Source: the human T2T-CHM13v2.0 reference genome, Homo sapiens. From it: a stretch of DNA of 64,000 bases. Made by a program: the position numbers and the translations under genes. Position 1 is the stretch's first letter; each line of letters begins with the position of its first letter. Shown piece after piece: positions 59,273 to 64,000 of the stretch. The stretch lies in assembly GCF_009914755.1 (NCBI RefSeq), contig NC_060929.1; one strand, given 5' to 3'. Below the pieces are notes generated by a model. It was not told the DNA's origin, did not search any database, and saw only the letters and a program-made list of their open reading frames with translations.

Positions 59273-62200
59273 GGTTTTGATTCCATTAATTATTCACTTC
59301 CTAGTCTAAATTGTGTTGATTTCTGCCCTTTCATTCCTTCTGCTTGCTTTGGGATGATTTTGCTTTCTTTTCTAATTTCTTGAGGTATGGTGTCTTAGAT
59401 GATTGCTTTGAAAACTTTTCTCATTTCTAGCATAAGAATTTCATGCTATAAATTTCTCTCTCAACACTGCTTTAGCTGTATCCCACATATTTTTGATATT
59501 TCTTTCCCTTTCATTTAGTTCTATGAGTATTCTTGTTTCCTTTTAGATATACAAAGATTATTTAAAAGTATGTTTTGAATTTTTACATTTTCAGAGATTT
59601 CACTGCTATCTTTCTTTTATTATTTCTAGATTGATACCATTATTGTCATTGAATACACTCTGTATAACTTAAATTCTTTTAAATTTGTTAAAATTTGATA
59701 CATAAGATATGATGTGGTCTATCTTGGAAAACTTCCTTGGACACTCGAAAAAAATGTGTGTTCTGCTGTTGTTAGGGGACCATTCTATAATGTCAATTAT
59801 ATTCTTGACTGTGTTTGTTACTTAAATATTCCATGTCTTTGCTAATTTTATGTTCACTAGCTCTACCAGTTGCTGAGATGGCATGTTGAGTTGTTGTCTA
59901 TTTCTCCTTTTAAATCTTTCAGTTTTTGCTTCACATATTTTGAGGCTCCATTGTTAGCCATGTACACACTTCAAATTGGTATGTCTTCTTGGTAGAATGA
60001 TCTTTTTATAATTGCTCCATATCTCCCTTTATCTCTGGTAATTTCCTGGACTCTAAATCTCTTCACTTTTAAATATTATTGTACTGAATATCACATGGTA
60101 TTATAATAATTTTTTGTTTCAGTCATCAGATATGTTTTGTCAAACACAATAGAAAAAAGATAATCTATTTTATGTACTTACATGTCTGCTTTTTTTCATT
60201 GTATCTTTATTTTTTCCTGGTTCTCCAAGATTCTTTACCATTTTCTTTCTGTTTAAAGAATTTCCTTTTGCTATTTTTAAGAACAGATTTGCTAGTATAG
60301 ATTATTTTAATTTCTCTTTATCTAAGAATGTCTTTATATTCTCCTCATTTCTAAGGAATAATTTTGCTGGTAGTAGAGTTTATAGTTGACTTTTGTCTCA
60401 ACACATGAACATTTTTTTTTGCCAGTTCCTTCTGGCTACCATGGTTTCAGATTATGTCATTCAAATCAGTTTTCCCCTTTGGATTTTCTCTGGCTCCTTT
60501 CAATTCTTTTTTCTCTGACGCCAGTTTTCAGAAGTTCAATACAGTGTGTCTTGTCATGGATATCCTATCTGAGTTTAAGTCAGTGTCTTAAATCTTGTAT
60601 ATTTCCCCAAATGTAGAAGACTATTTCCATTACTTTTATGAGACTCGTTCAGCACCACTCTCCCTCTCTCTCTTCCATGTGGAATTCTGATAATACAAGT
60701 GTTGGATCTTTCATTATTGTCCTGTAAGTCCCTCTTTGTTTTTTATTCAGTATATTTTATCTCTGTTGTTTACATGGGCTAAATTCATTGTCATATCCTC
60801 AAGTTTACTGATTCTAACCTTTGTCATCTCCACTCTACTATCAAGCCCATCTAGCGAGCTTTTAATTTGTATTAGAGTATTTTTCAGTTTTATAATGTCC
60901 ATTAGTTCTTTATAAGCAACTTCTTTTTATTTTCTAATTTCTATTTTTTTGTTTTAATGGAATTTATTTTAATGGAATTTCTTAATTATTCAGTCATTTT
61001 TATGATGACTGATTTAAAATGCTTTTCAAGATCGGATTCATCTCAGTATTGCCATCAGTCGATTGCCTTTATTCATTCAGTTGTGATTTTCTGGTTTTTT
61101 TTTTTTTTGTATGACAGATGATTTTCTTTTGCATCCTGGTCATTTTGTTTGTTATATTAGAATACTCAGGGTCTCATTCAAATCTTATTTTAGCAAGTAA
61201 TCATGCTGTTTCAAGTTCACATAAAGGTCCTGTACTATTTTTATGGAGTGTGGTTCCAAAAACACTTTAATTTTCAAAGTTATTGCAGTATTATTTTGCT
61301 GTGCTTGGTTTATCTTTGCTACTGAAGCTTCCCTGGTACTTGTTGGTGCTGGCTGAGAGGGTAGTAGGTGGTTACTCAGGCAGGGCCACCTGATGTGTTC
61401 ACATAAATGAGGGAAGTCTCAGACCCACAAAAGAGAAAAGGTTTCCTGAACTAGGTCACTTTTGTGCCTGAGTTCCTCTTACTGATATAGCCTACCACCT
61501 TGATATTTGTCAATAACAGAGAAAAGTCTTAGGCATGTCAGAGAAGAACACTTTGGCCACTTATTTTTTGTGGGACTTTTGATTAATGTTTCTTGACAAT
61601 TATGTTAGCCTTGATTGATAGCACAAGCTCTCCTAATCTATCCAGGGGAGGAATAAGCCTGACTGAGCTTCCTTCAGTCGCTGGGTCAGGGGTTGTGGAA
61701 TGTTGTGTCTGAGTTGCTGTCTTCTGTTGGGTAAGGGAACATAAGATTGTATTCTGCTGTGAATTTCCTCCTTTTCTAGCATTGAAAGCCAGTTTTCTTC
61801 TTAACATCTTTCACAGTTCCCCTTTGGCTGCCTCTTGCATTAATTCCAGAGTTTGTAGCTGTGCTTCACAAAGAGGAACAGAGAGTAATGGGTCTACATC
61901 TCATCTTCCCTAAGCCAGAAGTTCTTTCATGCCCTTTTACATGGACCTGAGCATCCACAGGAGTCTCCTTTCTTCTTTCTTCTTCTCTGGCATTTGACTG
62001 AGTGGATCTGAGCTCTCTGCAATGACAAGAAGAAGCACATCTTTAACTCAATATGTTCTCTGTGTGTTTGAGCCACATTTAATTTGTTGGCTTTGATATC
62101 CCTTTGAATTCCACTCCAGTATAAGGTTTATATAACCCTAGGCTGTTTCACCCAGGAGCTTCCAGTAAGTGACTGTATTTTGTTTGCTTGCTTCTTTTCT

Positions 62201-63199
62201 GTTTTGTTTGTTTTAAATCACAGGTCTTCCATAAAACTGCCATGCCAGGCAAAGGGGAAAGAGGAAAACAAACTAAAACTGATTTTCATTTGGCTACTAG
62301 ATATGACAGCTTAATAAAATATCTTCAACTTTGAAATTTGCAAAATTATCAATGTCACATGAAAACATTCAGATTTTTTTGAAATTTTTGTATTTGTGTG
62401 AATATATATATATAAGATGGTATTAGTTATATGAGGGCTGCAGTGATAACATTTATGCTTTTATCAGTCACTTGCCTTCATAACTTTCCTTTCTAGTTCA
62501 GAAGAAATTGGACCACTTTGACTTTTTAGAAACTTTGCATGATGCATATGCCCATACTCCTAGCAAGAAACATTAGCATAAACTTGATTCACATGAATGT
62601 TTTCCCATTTCCCACCTGAAAAAAGGCATTAGATAGTAACCAAATATTTTAAGTGGCATGGAAGGTTTCTGGTGGAATTGTTGACTCACTTGAGTTCACT
62701 TCCACAGTTATAAGATGAGAACATTAATGAAAGGGAATCTTATAGTATCCTTGTTCTCAAGATTAAATGTCTGCTTCCTTTTCAGTTTTAGGTACAAACA
62801 AGCTTTAAAAAGTTGGTAGCTTCAAAGTCTTAATAGGTAACTATAATCTAGAAGATAGCGTTTTAGACTTCTTAACCATAGTTTCAAGTTCCCCAATAGA
62901 ACAAATAACCTGTCACCTTTATGGTAAGTTAAGTTTTTATGTATTTACCTACTTATTTGAAATCAATTATTTAATTCATTAGTTTGAAAGATTCTTTTAG
63001 GATTCCTACTGTCCTGGAACAGATTAGAAAGTTACTGAGCCAGTCATTCATTGCTATCAGATATGATATGTCTATTCATCACAGTACGGTTTGTAATAGT
63101 ATAAACACTTCAGAAAAAAATGGATAATTAAAGCCTGATACATTCATATTTTGCAATGCTATAGCCATTATCTCTTTATATTGGTGCTGCCAACCTCTT

Positions 63200-64000
63200 T
63201 ATTCTTCTGATACAATTACAATTTACTTTATGTTAGATATTGCATCTCTATTCTTCATGCCTTTTAACTTCTTTTCTGTGTTTTTTATATCCATCCATCT
63301 ATGCTGAATTCTTGCTCAGTTCTTCATATCTATCTTACAGGTTAAGAGTTATGTCTTCTTCTGAGAAGAGTTTCCTAATAAACTCACTAACTCACTGAAG
63401 CTTTAATTTTAATTATATATCTTAATACCTAAATTTTCTATTTGATCTCTTAATTATTTCAATTATTGGTATTGGAATGCCATTTTTATAGCATCTTGTT
63501 ATTTACTCAAGGTTTTTGTTTGATGTCAGTCTACTAAACAAATTTATTAATTTAAATTTTGGGTCAGATAACTCCAATATCTAAAATATTGCTAGGTCTG
63601 GATTTACTGTCTGTTGTTTTCACCAGCCCTTGTAAAGGTATCTTATTTCATTGTGTGTTTTGTTATTTTTATCAATAACTTTATATTTCATAAAATTTCA
63701 TTTGTAAGAATTCTTTAGTCCCTAACTGAAGAAACTTCAGTTTTTTCAGATTACCCAGATAGTATGAATTCATGATGCAAACCTGCAAAAAGCATTATAT
63801 CTTTTGAAATTCACAGAAGAGGTTTATTTTCTTCATCATTCAATGTGAAGTTTCAAGACAACACATTTTTCTTGTGGTTACTTGGAGGACACATATTTCT
63901 ATTTGTCACTTAACCTGAAGGTATGCCCTTTAAGATCACAGCTCTAACATGTGAGATCTCCAATTAAACTTCCCATCACTGGTGCACACTTAGCTTTATA
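63200..64000 (-). mobile_element. Ancient L1M/HAL1-like ORF1-region relic
   Basis: Degenerate ctatgctgaattc...tcttcatatctatcttacag...gtcagataactccaatatct...tatttcattgtgtgttttgttattttt. Confidence 0.45.

Larger units (their letters stand above)
48628..61923 (-). mobile_element. Long fragmented L1MD-like element (3'UTR at 48.6 kb, 5' end at 61.9 kb) hosting nested insertions
   Basis: 3'UTR ttgcaaaactatgctacaatatcacaactaggatattg. Breaks at ~49787 and resumes colinearly at ~57190. ORF2/ORF1 relics at 57.2-61.2 kb. L1M-type 5' terminus catcttccctaagccagaagtt. Confidence 0.7.

Overview
This is AT-rich, CpG-poor primate (human-like) nuclear DNA, intronic or intergenic, and dominated by transposable-element fossils. 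It holds about 12 Alu/FLAM elements, many MIR/L2/L3 relics, DNA transposons (MER58A, MER30), MaLR and ERVL LTRs, a 4.9-kb 5'-truncated L1PA4-like element, a degraded LTR16/ERV3-16A3-type ERVL, and a 3'-half HERV9/LTR12 provirus inside a four-level nest of L1s. I found no host protein-coding exon, RNA gene or CRISPR array. Every ORF I could assign to a protein family is a retroelement remnant. I cannot support a new biological system here. The most notable signals are structural: (1) a twin-primed L1MA with a locally templated ~160-bp insert at its inversion junction; (2) a HERV9 provirus that lacks its whole 5' half yet keeps its 4-bp TSD; (3) an L1 inserted into the AATAAA/TATA-like box of LTR12; (4) several template-switch-like duplications and inversions inside repeats; (5) a minus-strand repeat bias plus a candidate Alu-derived exon, hinting at a plus-strand host transcript. 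Subfamily names come from my recollection of consensus sequences, not from a search, and the boundaries of old elements are approximate.
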